This document shows positions 1-12,030 of a DNA stretch of 64,000 bases, piece by piece. The stretch comes from Raillietiella orientalis (taxonomy: Eukaryota). The position numbers and the translations under genes are program-made. The stretch is from assembly GCA_036172245.1 (NCBI GenBank), contig JAYWIR010000002.1:6138001-6202000 (forward strand), written 5' to 3'. The notes beneath the pieces were generated by a model, which did no database searches, had not been told where the DNA came from, and worked only from the letters and a program-made list of their open reading frames with translations. Positions within the stretch are counted from its first letter, which is position 1; the number at the start of each line of letters is the position of its first letter.

Positions 1-149
1 TGATGAGTGGTGGTTGGACCATGGGACAACTCACGGATGCTGCTACCCCAACTGTACTTTCGCAAGGACAACAGAGTCTTCTGTGGTACTCCAGGGTGAG
101 GAGAAGGCAATCTGCTCGGCATTCCATCCGAAGACTTGGAGTGGCCCTC

Positions 150-720
150 AAAGCTCAAGGACAGCAGCACCCTCCCCTTGAAGTGGCAGGGGATGGCACT
201 TCTTCTGTTGCACTGGGATCTTCCCTGCAACACATCCGACACCAATGGACAGTCGGGAGTGTGAGACCGAACTGCTGTAGGTGCAGGGAATGGGAATTCC
301 TCCCGCACCTGCTTGTGAATCGTGATGCCCTCAGGATCCTGTGGGAACGTTTCGGAACGACCCCCCGGATCCCGGTTGCCCGGGCACCCCCCTTTCCCAG
401 GGACATTTTGCGGCTCCTCTTTGTACGGGAATCTCTGCAGACAGCCGCAGCCCTAGCAGCACTTTGCTTCATCTGCGGGACTGTGGCAACCTGGAGCGAA
501 GCCGACAGAGGACGAGGCAGGAGGGATGACGTCCAGCTCGCACTTTGCTTTCTGTGGATCTCAGCTCGTTGTCTACACCTGGGACCTATTCGAACGGACC
601 TAGCCGGTATCCTGGAAAGTATGCAGAATCCATTCAGCGGACAGTGTTCTCTACCCGATCCTTGCAAAGATTTTTAGTTGTTTATTTTTACTCTTTCTTT
701 TTATTTTTCTTTTCTTTCCT
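150..720 (+). mobile_element. Decayed 3' end of an L1/Tx1-like non-LTR retrotransposon (zf-RVT-like region plus T-rich 3' UTR)
   Basis: LPLKWQGMALLLLHWDLP, then after a frameshift PNCCRCREWEFLPHLLVNRDALRILW (CxxC-E-H-W pattern); T-rich tract after the stop; C-terminus homologous to 22674-22817. Confidence 0.55.
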
Positions 721-849
721 CCCATCCTCCTCCGCTGTCTAGGAGAGCCCCTCCAGTCTGCGTACCGGCGACCTGGCAGGTCCTTCAAAGAATCGGTTGT
801 GGTAAGGCTCCTTGCCCCTTACCCCGATAGTTGCAAGTCTATTGTTCTT

Positions 850-2060
850 TCCAGTAAACACCCTGGTGTGACAGATGGCGACCACCTATGCAGGAAGGGA
901 AGCGCAACGTCTCGGACGGCCTCGCCACGCGCCCCAGCAAGCGGGCGCTTGCTGCCCGGGATCTCGTCTGAGGGGGAGTTTGCATCCCCGGGAATATGAT
1001 GTTAGTGGAGGGTTGGTTTACCCAAGAGGAGGTTCGTTGTGCGGCTGGAAGTCTCGATGGGTCCCGTCGAAACACCACGAAGTCTCCGCATTCACGGAAC
1101 CGAATGGGAAGAGGAAGTTCGGCAGACATCTGGATTGAGCAGCAGATGATGGCAGCAGGACTCCGGTCCGGTTTTGCGACGGATTCCCTTGCCTGAGCTG
1201 ACCTTCAGGCTCCGTGCTGGTGGGGAGCATCCATCCGCCACCTTTCCAGCTCTTTCCGAACGCACTTCACTCTCCCGTGGAGTCGTCACAGATGACCGCG
1301 CAAGCCACCTGCATTCCATGCCCAGGAGTCCCCCCAAGAGAAGGCAGTTGTCAGTGCTCCCTAGAGGCACAGCTAGCTGGCCAGCTGCCCCACTAGATCG
1401 CTGATAGCTTCTTGCAAGAAGACTTGAGATGCCAATTCTTAAATCGTCCTTTGCTTCCGGCCCACGGTGTCGAAGTTTACAGCCTCATCTCATTCCTTTC
1501 CTCCTTCCCTTGCTCCTCCACCGCCGCCGCCTTTCTGAGAGAGATGAAAGATGTCCTTTGGCTAGCGGATACCAGAATTATTTAGGAGATCCATGAGCCT
1601 ATGGATCTCTACCTAGGAGAAGGAATCTTCGGAGATCCCCACTGGAAGACGGAGGAAAAGTAACCATATGGATAACCATCAATTGAGAGGTTCGCGTCAC
1701 CCAGCTGACATGGATGACTACTCGTGTGAGCATGAAATCCATGTGCCTTTAAGCGGGCAGAGAAAGCAGAGCGAAGTAATGTTAAAAATGGTTTTCAATC
1801 ATCCGAACCGATGAGTTTCCACAGCGAGGTTTTGACTTCTCTCTTCGTACTCCGCCGTGATTACGGGAGCATCTCAGTGAGGAGCAGAAGGTGGCAGCAG
1901 CCTCTCGATGATCAACTTGGAAATCGAGACGCCACATCCTTTCTTGCCACAACTACCCTCCTTCCTTACTCCACAGACTCGACCTCCATCCTACCCATGA
2001 ACCTGCGTTCCTCTCCGGGGGTGGGAGGGTTCTCAGGTATTCGGCCCATCAACGATCCGG
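850..2060 (+). mobile_element. Highly decayed RNase H-bearing (I-group-like) LINE
   Basis: Ordered degenerate motifs: KHPGVTDGDHL (cf. KYLGVxLD), IEQQMMAAGLRSG, LWIST*..GIFGD (cf. WIPSHxGIxGN), HNYPPSLLHRLDL (cf. GHxYLxxHLHRI); many stops and frameshifts. Confidence 0.4.
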
Positions 2061-3525
2061 AGTCCAGCGCAGGCCTTGACCACGTCTGGAATTAGGCGGG
2101 AGAAGGAGGCATAGAACACTGGGTGACCAGGGCTTCAGCGAAGAATACAAATTCGCTTTCAGGGGAGAACCACGCCCTTTCGTCAGAGCTTCAATTGCAA
2201 CAGCGACCTGCGGAAGAGTGGGAGTTGCGCGTCCCAGCCGCGGCAGCTACGCAGGGCATATGGACCGCCGTTCGGCGTCAGCGCACACCCTCATTGCGAC
2301 TCTCCTACATTCCCCCGCGCTGCCCAGGATGACGATGAAGCTGGAAAACGCCCAAGGCAACCAGCGCGTCATCATCCCGACAACACCCAGCCGCCAGATC
2401 CACCTACCTCTTCCACGTGAACCCCCGCGGGAGGTTACCGAAGAGTAAACCAGGGAGCCCCTCGGCCACTCCTCCCGCCATTCTGTGCGCGTGCGCTCAT
2501 CTTCCGCGCTTCCAACTCAGTGGCTCATCCTTCCATGGAGCAAGCGGCACTGGGAAGATGTTAATAGGAGGAAGCAAGAGAAGAATGGGATGAAGGGAAA
2601 AAGAAGAGAAGGAGGAAGGAGAGGAAAGGGACACCGTTATACGCCTCATTTCGGGAATCGGGCGCATCTCGCCATGCCCACCAGCTCGGCACAGGAGATT
2701 GCGGTTTCGGAAGAGGGCGGTAGCGTCGGAGGCCCTCGCTACAGTGCACCTTTCCTTCGCAGCCCTTTTGCGGCTCAGCGAACGACCCAAGGGGGATGAG
2801 CAATGGCTCTAAGCGCTCGCACTACCTTCGTAACTTCCAGGCTCACGCAAGCACCACCACCGCCACCCTTCTGTATGGGGGGAAGGCGAGGAAAGAGGGT
2901 GCCAAGGTAGCCTCCTTCCGCGCGGAAGGAGAGAACTTGCGATGGGTGACAGAGCCTCCATGTGAGCCTAAAGAGGAGGGCCTCGCGGCGGGACGAGACG
3001 ATGCGTCAGCGTTATTTTCTCGTTCGTCAGTTCCCAGCCATCGGGTCAGGTCATGAAAGGGACGGATCATGTGCTCCAGGGCCGAGGACCGTGGGCCGTG
3101 GGTCGGGACGACGGACCTCCCGGGAGAGGCGTCGAAGAGACTAGCGGCCCCCTCGTGGGCGACGCTAGTGGTTCCGCTGCTGCAGGTGGTGCCATAGCTT
3201 CGCCCTGGTGGACGCCTCTCGAGGATAAAAAAATGGAAAGAGTGAGCAGGCGATGGAGTCCCGCTTTCTTTCTCCCTGAAGCAGCCTCTTTCCGCGACGG
3301 CGGCCGCGTTGCCTGGATACGCACTGAGAGGTCGCCTGAGCGCCGTCGCTCCGCCTGACTCGCGTGGCGGCGGGGAGCGCGACACTTCACCCTCGCCATC
3401 CCCGCCATCCTCTCCCGAGGGAGCCGCGCACACTCGTCCTCGGGGATGCTCCCCCCCGCACACCCGCTCTCGCGCGCACCGTCTCCGCTCCCTCCCTCCC
3501 GTCCCGTTGCGTCGTCCCCGGAAGT

Positions 3526-4003
3526 TTATAAATAGACGGTTCTCCCGAGCGTCCCGGAGCCCACGGTGCTGAGTGTGCTGCCGCCCCCTGCCTGCTCCCA
3601 GGATCTGCGGATGCTCCCTGGAAGCTCTCCGATCTCCCCCCCTCCTCGTTGCTCAGAGGACCGGAGGGGAGGAAGAGGAGGAGAGGAGGCTGCAAACTCC
3701 CGCCGCTGCTTGCCTCGCCTCATGGGCCGCTCCGGGAGGGCGGGAGCATCGGAAGGGAAGAGGCGTGACCTCTCCCTCCCCCCCTTCCTGTGAAAACCCC
3801 CCCTGCCGCTCCAGCATGGCGCCTCTCGGAAGGAGAGCGACGGGACGCAGGGAGCGAGAGGGCCGACGACCCCTCCCTCCCCCCCGCCCTCGAGGCCGGC
3901 GCAGCCTCTCACATGGGCGCGACCGTGCCTGCGCAGGCCGCAGGGGAAGGCTGCTGTCGACCTATGGAAAGGGGCCGAGTATTTTCGGTATGACTAAAAA
4001 TAG
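3526..4003. promoter_or_regulatory. Pair of MEF2 consensus sites (TTATAAATAG 3526-3535, CTAAAAATAG 3994-4003)
   Basis: AT-rich 10-mers in very GC-rich DNA, both followed by ACGG. Confidence 0.4.
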
Positions 4004-4586
4004 ACGGCTGGGGCGTTCCCGTCCGACGGGAGTTGTGGGCGCCCGTGCCGGCGCTCAAAGATTGGGGGGAGGCGGGGGAAGAAGGAGAAGGGGGAGCCAT
4101 GCAGGGCAACTCGCACTGCGAGGAGCGTGCGGAGACCGCCCACGCCGCGCCACTGGCGGGAAGGCTGAGCGCTCAGGGATGTGTAGGGCCGGAGAGGCGC
4201 CTGCCGCAGTCACCTCTAGAGAAATCGGCGTCCCACCCGCCCTCAGGACTTCGGGGGAGATCCCGGAGCCCTGCGCGAAAATCCTCACGATTGGCCACGC
4301 GTCCCAAGCCCCAAGCCCGCTCCTCCCATGGATTCACCCAGATCAGCAGCCGCGCTGCGACTTCCAAGGAGACGCGGAGGCGGGGAGTCCCGCCGTGGCG
4401 GCTCCGCAAGGAGAGGACCGCCTCCTACGTGGCTGTCGCGCCTTTGCTTCAAGGCGACGGAGGAAGGGCCGTGGCTTAGGCCAACCCGCGCCATGGAGAA
4501 CCATACCAGAAACCCCCGCCGTGTCAGGGATTTCACTCAGCTCCGGGAGGACACTCCCTGTCCCATATTCCACGAACAGCAGACGA

Positions 4587-4876
4587 AGCAAACCTACCGC
4601 TACCCATTCTCAATTAGCAGAGCACCTACTGTTCGCTGTTCTCACCAGCAGAGCACCTACCGCTACTCATTCTCACCGACAGCTTACCTATCGCTACCCG
4701 TCTTCAACAGCAGCATGCCTACTGCTCTCCGTTCCCACCTTCAGCGCATCTGTTATCTGGAAAGGCGCACCATTTCCGTCCTCATGTTCCTTTCCATTTC
4801 TGTATGTGCGCTGTCGATGAGAAGGGTAGCAGTAGGTGCTCTGCTGGTGAGAACGGGTAGCGATAGGCTCGCACTG
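4587..4876. repeat. 31-bp minisatellite, 5 direct units (4587-4739) and 2 inverted units (4816-4876); foldback arrangement
   Basis: Consensus approx. AGCAGAGCACCTACCGCTACCCGTTCTCACC; reverse complement of 4816-4876 gives two units. Confidence 0.85.
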
Positions 4877-5508
4877 GACAGTTCTGGTGCCTGGTGTCCA
4901 GACGGCGCCTCCGGCGACTTCCTCCACACGGAGGTTTCCAGCCTCCTCCCTCTGACATGAGAGGCCGCGAAGAGGATGAAGATAAATCACGTGTAATCAC
5001 ATGTGCATCCTGGGAGTTGGGATCACTACAAATCAAGTGTGATTCATGGGACAGTCGAGTGCTAACTCACTCCCCCATTGGGAGGGAAGACGTTCTGGAA
5101 GAATCTGGCGCCGCCGCTCCCCGGCAAGGGAGAGTTCGGGAGGAAGGCGCGAGCGGACGCGGAAGAACGGAAGGGGAAGCCGCCACGCTCTCTTACAGGA
5201 AACGCCAAGGGAGGACGGCCGGCGACCCGCGCAGAGACACCCTGTCGTCCGCTCGGAAGCCGCCTGAGACGCACCGACGCGCCCGGCTGCTCCGAGACGG
5301 GGAAACCCGCGCACCCGGAAGAGACTTCACATTCGCGTCTTCCGCCTCCTCTTCCTCGAAGGGGCGAATGGCGCGGAGGGGCTTCCTGCGAGCGGGGATC
5401 CTCGCCTACTCTGCCTCCTTGTAGTCCCTCTTTTGCGATCGCTCAAGGGATTGCGAGCGAGATGCGATGTTCCCGCAGCAACGAATAGATTTGAAACTGG
5501 AACTCGAT

Positions 5509-5835
5509 GTGGTGCTCCAGGCCATGAGAAAATCAATGGCAGCGGACATCTTCAGTGGTGCTCCAGAATGGCGGAAAAGAGATTGCAGGAAGCTCTTTCT
5601 GTGGCGCTCCAGGGTGAGGAAAAAGCGATGGCAGTGGGCGTCTTGTATAATGCTCCAGGATGACGGAAAAGAGATTGGCAGTGGGCGTCCTGTATAATGC
5701 TCCAGGATGACAAAAAAGAGATTGGCAGTCGACGTCTTGCGTGGTACTCCAGAATAACAGCTGAAAAGAGATAACAGCGGACGTCTTCCGTGGTGCTCTA
5801 GGGTGGCAAGAAAGCTATGGATGTGGACGTCTCCC
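5509..5835. repeat. 46-47-bp minisatellite, about 7 diverged units
   Basis: Unit TGCTCCAGGATGACGGAAAAGAGATTGGCAGTGGGCGTCCTGTATAA; two central units nearly identical. Confidence 0.85.
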
Positions 5836-5949
5836 CCTTACAGATCTTCTGCTGAAGCACCAGGGGGGAAAGGCGAAGGAAGAAGGACAGGTACAGGCAA
5901 TCAGCTCCCCTCTTTTTCTCCGGAGGATCGTCAGCTTCAGCCAGAACTA

Positions 5950-6830
5950 TCTTCCCGGAATCCCTAGGAATCTTGCTATCGGTGAAGGGAAGAGAGTGAA
6001 AGGGACCCTCCAGGCGATGAGAGGAGCGCATCCGGAGGGGAACGGTACGCTCCAACGTACGGGAGATCCGCTGGAGGTTGGGACGCCACCCGTGACGAAG
6101 GAATACCCTCGCGAACGGCGACATTTCTTTTCATCCTCGAGTAGAGGATGAATGAGGGAGAAGCAGATACGGCGATGACGGAGTTAGATTTCCTGGTCAT
6201 CGGTCATGACCCTCGACACATCCTTTGAGAATCCAAGGACGAGCAAATCGTTCACGAGTGCTCATGAACGCGGTCGTCGCGTTTCCGAGTAGCATGCATC
6301 CCTTTGTGTGACGGCGCGTCCTCCTCCCGCTCTGAGCAGGACCAAGTAGCAACGGCGACTCCACGTCGGTCGCCACCTGGGACCAAGGTCTCCCTTCTCC
6401 CGGCGCGTCGTTAGGGAAGGGGGAAGGAAGAAGGCGCCCGCGCCTCCGGGTGCGGGGTCGCAGGTTCCGCTAATCCGCTTCCCGGTAAAGGGGTCTGGGA
6501 AAGCGCGTTTCCCGGAAGGGCGGGGGAGCCTGGACGCCGCCCGAAGGCACCCTTAGGAAAGCGGCGCTGTGTGGCAGGGGGAGCGAGTGGTGCTCGGGGA
6601 AGAGAGTGAGGGAATGTGGGGTCCTTCCGTTGCCGGGCCATCCCGTGAGGTGGCTACCCGTGAGAGCGACAATCGATCTCGCCCTTCCCCGTGATTGATA
6701 TGGCAGTCACGTTGATTGAAGGAGTCACTGAAACAGATATCATTTATCTTGTTCTCTTTCTCCGCGACAAGAATGTCATCCGCATACAAAAATAGCTCGG
6801 ATGTAATCAGTCGTAACCAAACAACTTGTA
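5950..6830 (-). mobile_element. Decayed non-LTR reverse transcriptase (CR1/L2-like)
   Basis: SELFLYADDILV (YADD catalytic motif, about 6800-6765); downstream FSLIHPLLE (cf. SLIRPxLEY, about 6160-6135). Confidence 0.55.
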
Positions 6831-8599
6831 TCTCGTCCTGTACCGCACATCTTGGACTTTGTAAAGGCTGCGTGATACCCGCATCTCAAGCAGGATGTGG
6901 AGACCCCGAGCGAACACGCAGGATCGTGCGGTGCTGCAACTACCGACGCCGGCACGGCTGGCTCGGAAGACGCGCGTTCCTCTCCCGTGTGATTGAATTA
7001 CGAGCTCGCCCGCGGCCTCCTAGAAGGAAGGAAGAAAAAACGGGAAAGAAAGGAAAAGAAGGGAAGGGGGACACATCCTACTTGGACCATTGTTTAGTAA
7101 AAGGCGAAAGAACTGTGCGTTGTTTAGGGGATAGAGGGAAAGACGCCGACGTCCCCTGCGCTTCTCTCAGGAGCCAGGCATCCCTTCATCCTTTTTCGGA
7201 GAGTGCGAAGGAACCGGGACGCTCGGTGGGACGGGTTTGGAACCGCGCACGGGCAGGTCGCGCGGCTTCCCGCCTCTTTGCGCGCGCGTGGTGTGCGGTG
7301 CGCTGGGATAGCGAGCTCTGGAGGAGCAAGGGGCAGACGAGACCGAAGATGAGTCAGCGGCCGGCAAGGCGCCGGCGCCCCCATTGGCCTCTTCTTCCCT
7401 CTCTCCCTTCCTCCTTCCTTCCTTCCTTTCCCCGATGGTTTTCCTGGATCCGGCGGCGTGCCTCCACTCCCAGAATCCAGCAGAGGGTTCGAAAGCATCC
7501 ATCTCGGAGAAGGAAGAAAAAAAAATCGATCCAACCGACCATCCCCAGCTGCGCCCTACGCAATGCACCTTCAATTAAAGGGCATCGTCGATAAGGATGC
7601 CGTGTTCATCACCATTACCGCGCCGTCCCATCAAAGACGGGCTAATCCCGAGCTAATGGTCCCACGCCCGATTTATGATTCGATCCCTGAACCCCTCTTC
7701 TCCCTTTCTCTCCCTCCGCTCCGCATTTTCACCTTCAGTCTCACTTCCCGCCCCCAGTTTTCCCCTTAGCACCGTTAATCTCCGCATCCACAAATAACTC
7801 ATAAATTGCCAGACTGGGGATCAGGCATCAGCCCAACTTCTACGCGCTCCTCCCCCTCTTCTGCTCCCTCCAGGACGAAATGCCCCCTCATCCAGGCACG
7901 AGCACTCTTCCCGCCTGCCTGAATCTTTTTCCGATCCCCCCCCCCTCATCCTTACTTTCCCCGTCCCTATCAGACCAATTACGACTTTAGCATCAGAAAC
8001 AATGCCATTCCATGAGCGGAGACGCACGCACGCACGCACGCACGTGCGTGCGTGCGTGAGTGGGTTGGCGCGTAGGTGGATGTCCAACTGCATATAGTAG
8101 ACTTTTGCGGGATGCGTGTCCCATTTCCAAGGAAAGAGGCAGCTTTCACACTTCATCCCTGAGACCATTGTCTGGGCTCTCCTGGTTCACCCTTCCATTC
8201 CACGCCACCCAGCCTCGCCATCCACCTACCACCCATCTTCGGCGATCGCTGCATCGCCTTGTTCTTCGCAGTCCCTTCGAGTTTAACATTCCGACCAAGG
8301 ACAGCGCAAGGAACGAGCCAGGAGTCACGTGCAATGGCTCCACGCATCGCTGCAGACACGGAAGTACCACCGCTACCGCTGCGCCCCATGTCTCGGATGA
8401 TACAACCGGAAATCCACTTGCCGCCCCCGCTGAACCGCGTGCCATCAACCCTACCGCTCACATTCGTTATCAACCCCTCAGCAAGCCGTCAAACCACATG
8501 CCACCCGAACCACCAAATCAAAGTCCACCCTTCCCGGGGTGTACAGCGACCCCCTGCCTCCATCACGACTGCATCCCAGCCCTGATGCATAGGGCATTC

Positions 8600-9050
8600 C
8601 AAACTAAGGTGGCATCTGGGGTCGAAGCCTACCCACCAAGTCCACTTCTGGGTGCCTGCTGGAACTTCAAGGTCCAGAACGCGCTCTCTAGCTGTGGTGT
8701 AACTGCAAGAGCTCCGACGCGGCTTAACAGGAAGACCCGCCTCCTCAAGTAGCGCTCGGTGGCGCAACGGGGTGGTCTAATCTGGCGGAGAATTCGTCCC
8801 CCTTGTACTGCAAACTCGCTAGAAGCCCTACTTGAGTCCCTCGCATCTGGAAACGCATATCCCTCTCTGGCCCAGAGGCAGCCGCACCGAAAATCCAGTA
8901 GTACCGCTTCGGATGACGGAGGATCGTGCAATTCAGACGCAATTCCTCCTACCCAAGCAGCCTATTGGCATCCGGCGAGCGGATGTGCGTCTTCGGAGAG
9001 CCCTTCGCATCCCAACGCTGGACCGGAAGATCGAGACCAACGGAGGCGCG
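8600..9050 (+). mobile_element. Possible decayed LINE RT C-terminal region
   Basis: KPYLSPSHLETHIPLW (cf. RPHLEYAxPVW) followed by AIQTQFL...LRRALRIPTLDRKI. Confidence 0.3.
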
Positions 9051-9109
9051 CGACCGGTGGATGTGCGCAGTGAGGATGGTTGAAAGCTCATGAAAAATGA
9101 TGAAGCAGC

Positions 9110-9450
9110 ACTTCCTCCTCTTCTTCTTCCTTTTCTTCTCTTCTTCCTCCCTTCCTCCTCCTACCTCTCCTTCTTCCTCTTTCCCTTCCTTCCTCCTCCT
9201 ACCTCCCCTTCTTCTTCCTCCTCCCTTGCTTTTCCTCTTCTCTTCCCCCTTCTTTCTTCCTCCTCCTTTCTTCTTACCATTGCTCCCTCCTTTTCCCCCT
9301 TCTCCTCTTTTCCTCCCTCTCTCCTCCTGATCTTCTTCTCCTTCTTCCCTTTCCTCATTCCCTTTTCTCCTCCTGTTCTCTTTCCTGACTTCGTCCTCCA
9401 CATCCTCTACCTCCCTTCCTTCTCTTCTCTCCATCCTTCTGCCTTACTCC
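9110..9450. repeat. About 340-bp polypyrimidine (CT-rich) tract
   Basis: Almost only C/T on the + strand; similar tracts at about 12125-12245 (purine), 20005-20090 and 23270-23430. Confidence 0.9.
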
Positions 9451-9625
9451 CTCAAGGAAGGAAGGAGGAAGGCGTCCTCCCGGCGCGGGCAAAGGCGGCG
9501 CGCTTCCGGTCTTCGCCGCGCTGCGAGCGCGTGACGCACAACGAACGGAGCCACAAGGGGGCGGGCACGCTCCAAGCCCATCAGCCAGCGAAGGAAGGGG
9601 AAAAAAACACACACATCTGGGAGTG

Positions 9626-9643
9626 CATTCTAAATTTAGAATG
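9626..9643. promoter_or_regulatory. 18-bp palindrome CATTCTAAATTTAGAATG containing MEF2 consensus CTAAATTTAG (9630-9639)
   Basis: Directly visible palindrome and motif. Confidence 0.35.
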
Positions 9644-10683
9644 ATGCATTCTTCATTCTAACGAACGACGCTACAGACCTATTCGTCTCCCATTTAGAAA
9701 CCGTGCGTTTTGTCCCGGATCCACTCGCTGGCAGCGTTCCAGATCATCCGTCGCAGATGGCTGGGGCATGCTGCAGAGAGGAGGGTGGAGGGGGGGTCGC
9801 TCACTCAAGGATCGCCTCAGCGAAGACTCGTGAGATGCCCTGCGGCGAGCCCCCCTTCCCCGCCGCAGGACGGCGGTGAGGTGGCGCAGGGATACAGCGC
9901 CGCCGCCGCGACCTGGGGGCAGGTGGGGAGCGCCGAGAAACCGGAGCCACGTCGACCTCTGGCACGGGATCGAAGGCGCAAGAACCAGAGGGGGATCAGA
10001 GAGGGCAGCTCGCCACGGAGTCAGCGTCCTTCTCATTTCTAGGAAACGCCGGAGGCGAAGGATCCGTCCAGTGCCGAGTTGCCCGCGCCTGGGAGGGCCC
10101 ATCTCGAGGCAGCAAAACGGGTGAAGAAGCCCCTCCAAGGAACCGGGCTGAAGGAGGTCAAGGAGGAAGGCTCGGGTGGCGGCACGCTTCGCCTCCGCCT
10201 TGGGCGGAAACCCAATCGCGAGCAACCCGCGGACAGCCGGGCATGGGACCCCTCCACGAGTCACAGCTGACCTTCTTCCATGATTGTTGCTGCCATGGGC
10301 GATCAGCTGCATGGGCGAGGAGCTCGCCGACACGCTTCCTCCACTTCGTTTGACGCCCGTTCCCTCACCGCTCCACCTCTGGAAGGGTTGGCGCGCCGCT
10401 CTCAGTTGGTTGACGCTCCACCTTGCCCTGCTTCCGCGTGCACCGCGAAGCGGGAAGCAGGATTCTTCTTGCCTCCCTCCCTATGCTTCCCTCCCTGGCC
10501 ATGCCCTCCCCTTCTTTTTCCCCCTTCTCCTTCCTTCGGGTGCACGCAGCCGCTTTGAAGCTAGATAGGCCAGCTAGTCCTATCTCCACGGAAACTCGGA
10601 TTCCACCGGGACTCGGGAAAACACCCACCGGAGGCGGGGTGGCTCCGCAGGATGGCTCTGGAAGGAGCTTTGCCCTTCGTTAC

Positions 10684-10778
10684 AGAACCGGGCAACCAAG
10701 CCTCGCCAACAGACGACATCGGACCGCTTGAGAACTGGGCAACCAGGCGCCAACAGATAACTCCTTGGGACCGCTCGC
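10684..10778. repeat. Diverged ~46-bp tandem duplication
   Basis: AGAACCGGGCAACCAAGCCTCGCCAACAGA..GGACCGCT repeated as AGAACTGGGCAACCAGGCGCCAACAGA..GGACCGCT. Confidence 0.7.
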
Positions 10779-11779
10779 ATGCACTTCGGGCGACATTCGG
10801 GCTAACCACGTCACTCTTCGGGATCGGCAGCGGCAGCGGCGCACCGTCCTGGAGTCTGGCACTCGCTGCCAAGACGTGAACCAGCGTCCACCCGTCAGCG
10901 GTACCCCCACCCCTTCTAAGAGCGACCCGCATCGCGATTTCGCCCCAGGCGGTGCGGCCCACCTCAGGGTCTTCCTCCACCTCCATCTCTTCGCGACGTC
11001 GAATCCCAGATGAGCGCGCGGTGCCAGCGACCGTGGAACGCTGGAGTGCCACCCTCCTGCGCCCGCGGGCGCCTCTTGGGCGAAGCTTCCAAACGAATCA
11101 CGGAGCATGGCCACCTCGCACGGTTTCCGTGGAGACTCGAGGAAGCTACTCATCCAAGAGGGTCGGCGCCAGAGTTCGCGAAGCCCCTGCGCGGCCTGCA
11201 GCCCAGCGGCACGCTCCCGGCGGTCATGAAGGCGCAGCTGCAGTCACTGCTCTCCTAGTCTCTGGAGAAGCCCACCCGCTTCTCTCCTGGGCTCCCACCC
11301 CCCTCGTCCCCTTCAGTGCACTTCCGAAACCACCCACAGCGAGCCGGAAACGCGCAGCGGGGCGCCTCCGTTCTTGCTGACCATCTTCCCCACCCCCTTC
11401 TCTCCCTCCTCTCCCACCTGACCGCCCTCCATCTCCCGTGCTGCTGTTTCAGGAGAAGACTTCAGGAGATCTACTAAAACAGATGGCCCGCATAGAGCCC
11501 CCGCGGGCGTCCACGGAGGGAACTGGCCTAGGAGGTGTTTCCGGGAAGACCTCAGGAAGCGGTGGCCCCCAAGGAGAGCACGAGGCCCGGATAGGCGGGC
11601 TGCATTCCTCTCGAGATGGACTGGCATCCCTGTCACTCCCGTGTTCGCCATGCAGGGAGGAGGAAGGGCCGGCACCGTAGCGCCAAGGATCGAACTTCCC
11701 TGAAGATGCGCGAGGCAACCGACCGTCGGCCGTGGAGTTTGCCTCGGGTGGGGGTGAGCCGAAATGGCGCCCCTCACCT

Positions 11780-12030
11780 TAACGGCGTCTCTTCGTCGCC
11801 ACGAAGGGGCACCGACGTCTGGTGCCGCGACAGCCCTTCCCTGGCATGACTTCCTGCTTTCCCCCGCCGTGCAAGAGGAAGAGCAAGACGGAAGGTGAGA
11901 GGTCCCTCGGCTGATCCCCGTCGCGAGAGAGGTCATATCCCACAGCTCCCCGTGGAAACACTGAAAGGCGAAATCTCTCGCCTTAGTGATCCTTGATCTC
12001 CTCACTCTGGGAGTCACTGCAGCAACGCCA
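11780..12030 (-). mobile_element. Decayed L1/Tx1-like zf-RVT region
   Basis: KARDFAFQCFHGELWDMTSL...PSCSSSCTAGES.. follows the KxRDFxxxxxHGxL...CxxC..ES..H pattern. Confidence 0.45.

Noticed and set aside
3573..4820. 415-aa ORF
   Set aside because: No recognisable domain; runs through a minisatellite.
4587..5835. 31-bp and 47-bp arrays as CRISPR arrays
   Set aside because: Head-to-tail diverged units with no unique spacers, no cas genes, and an intron-containing eukaryotic context.
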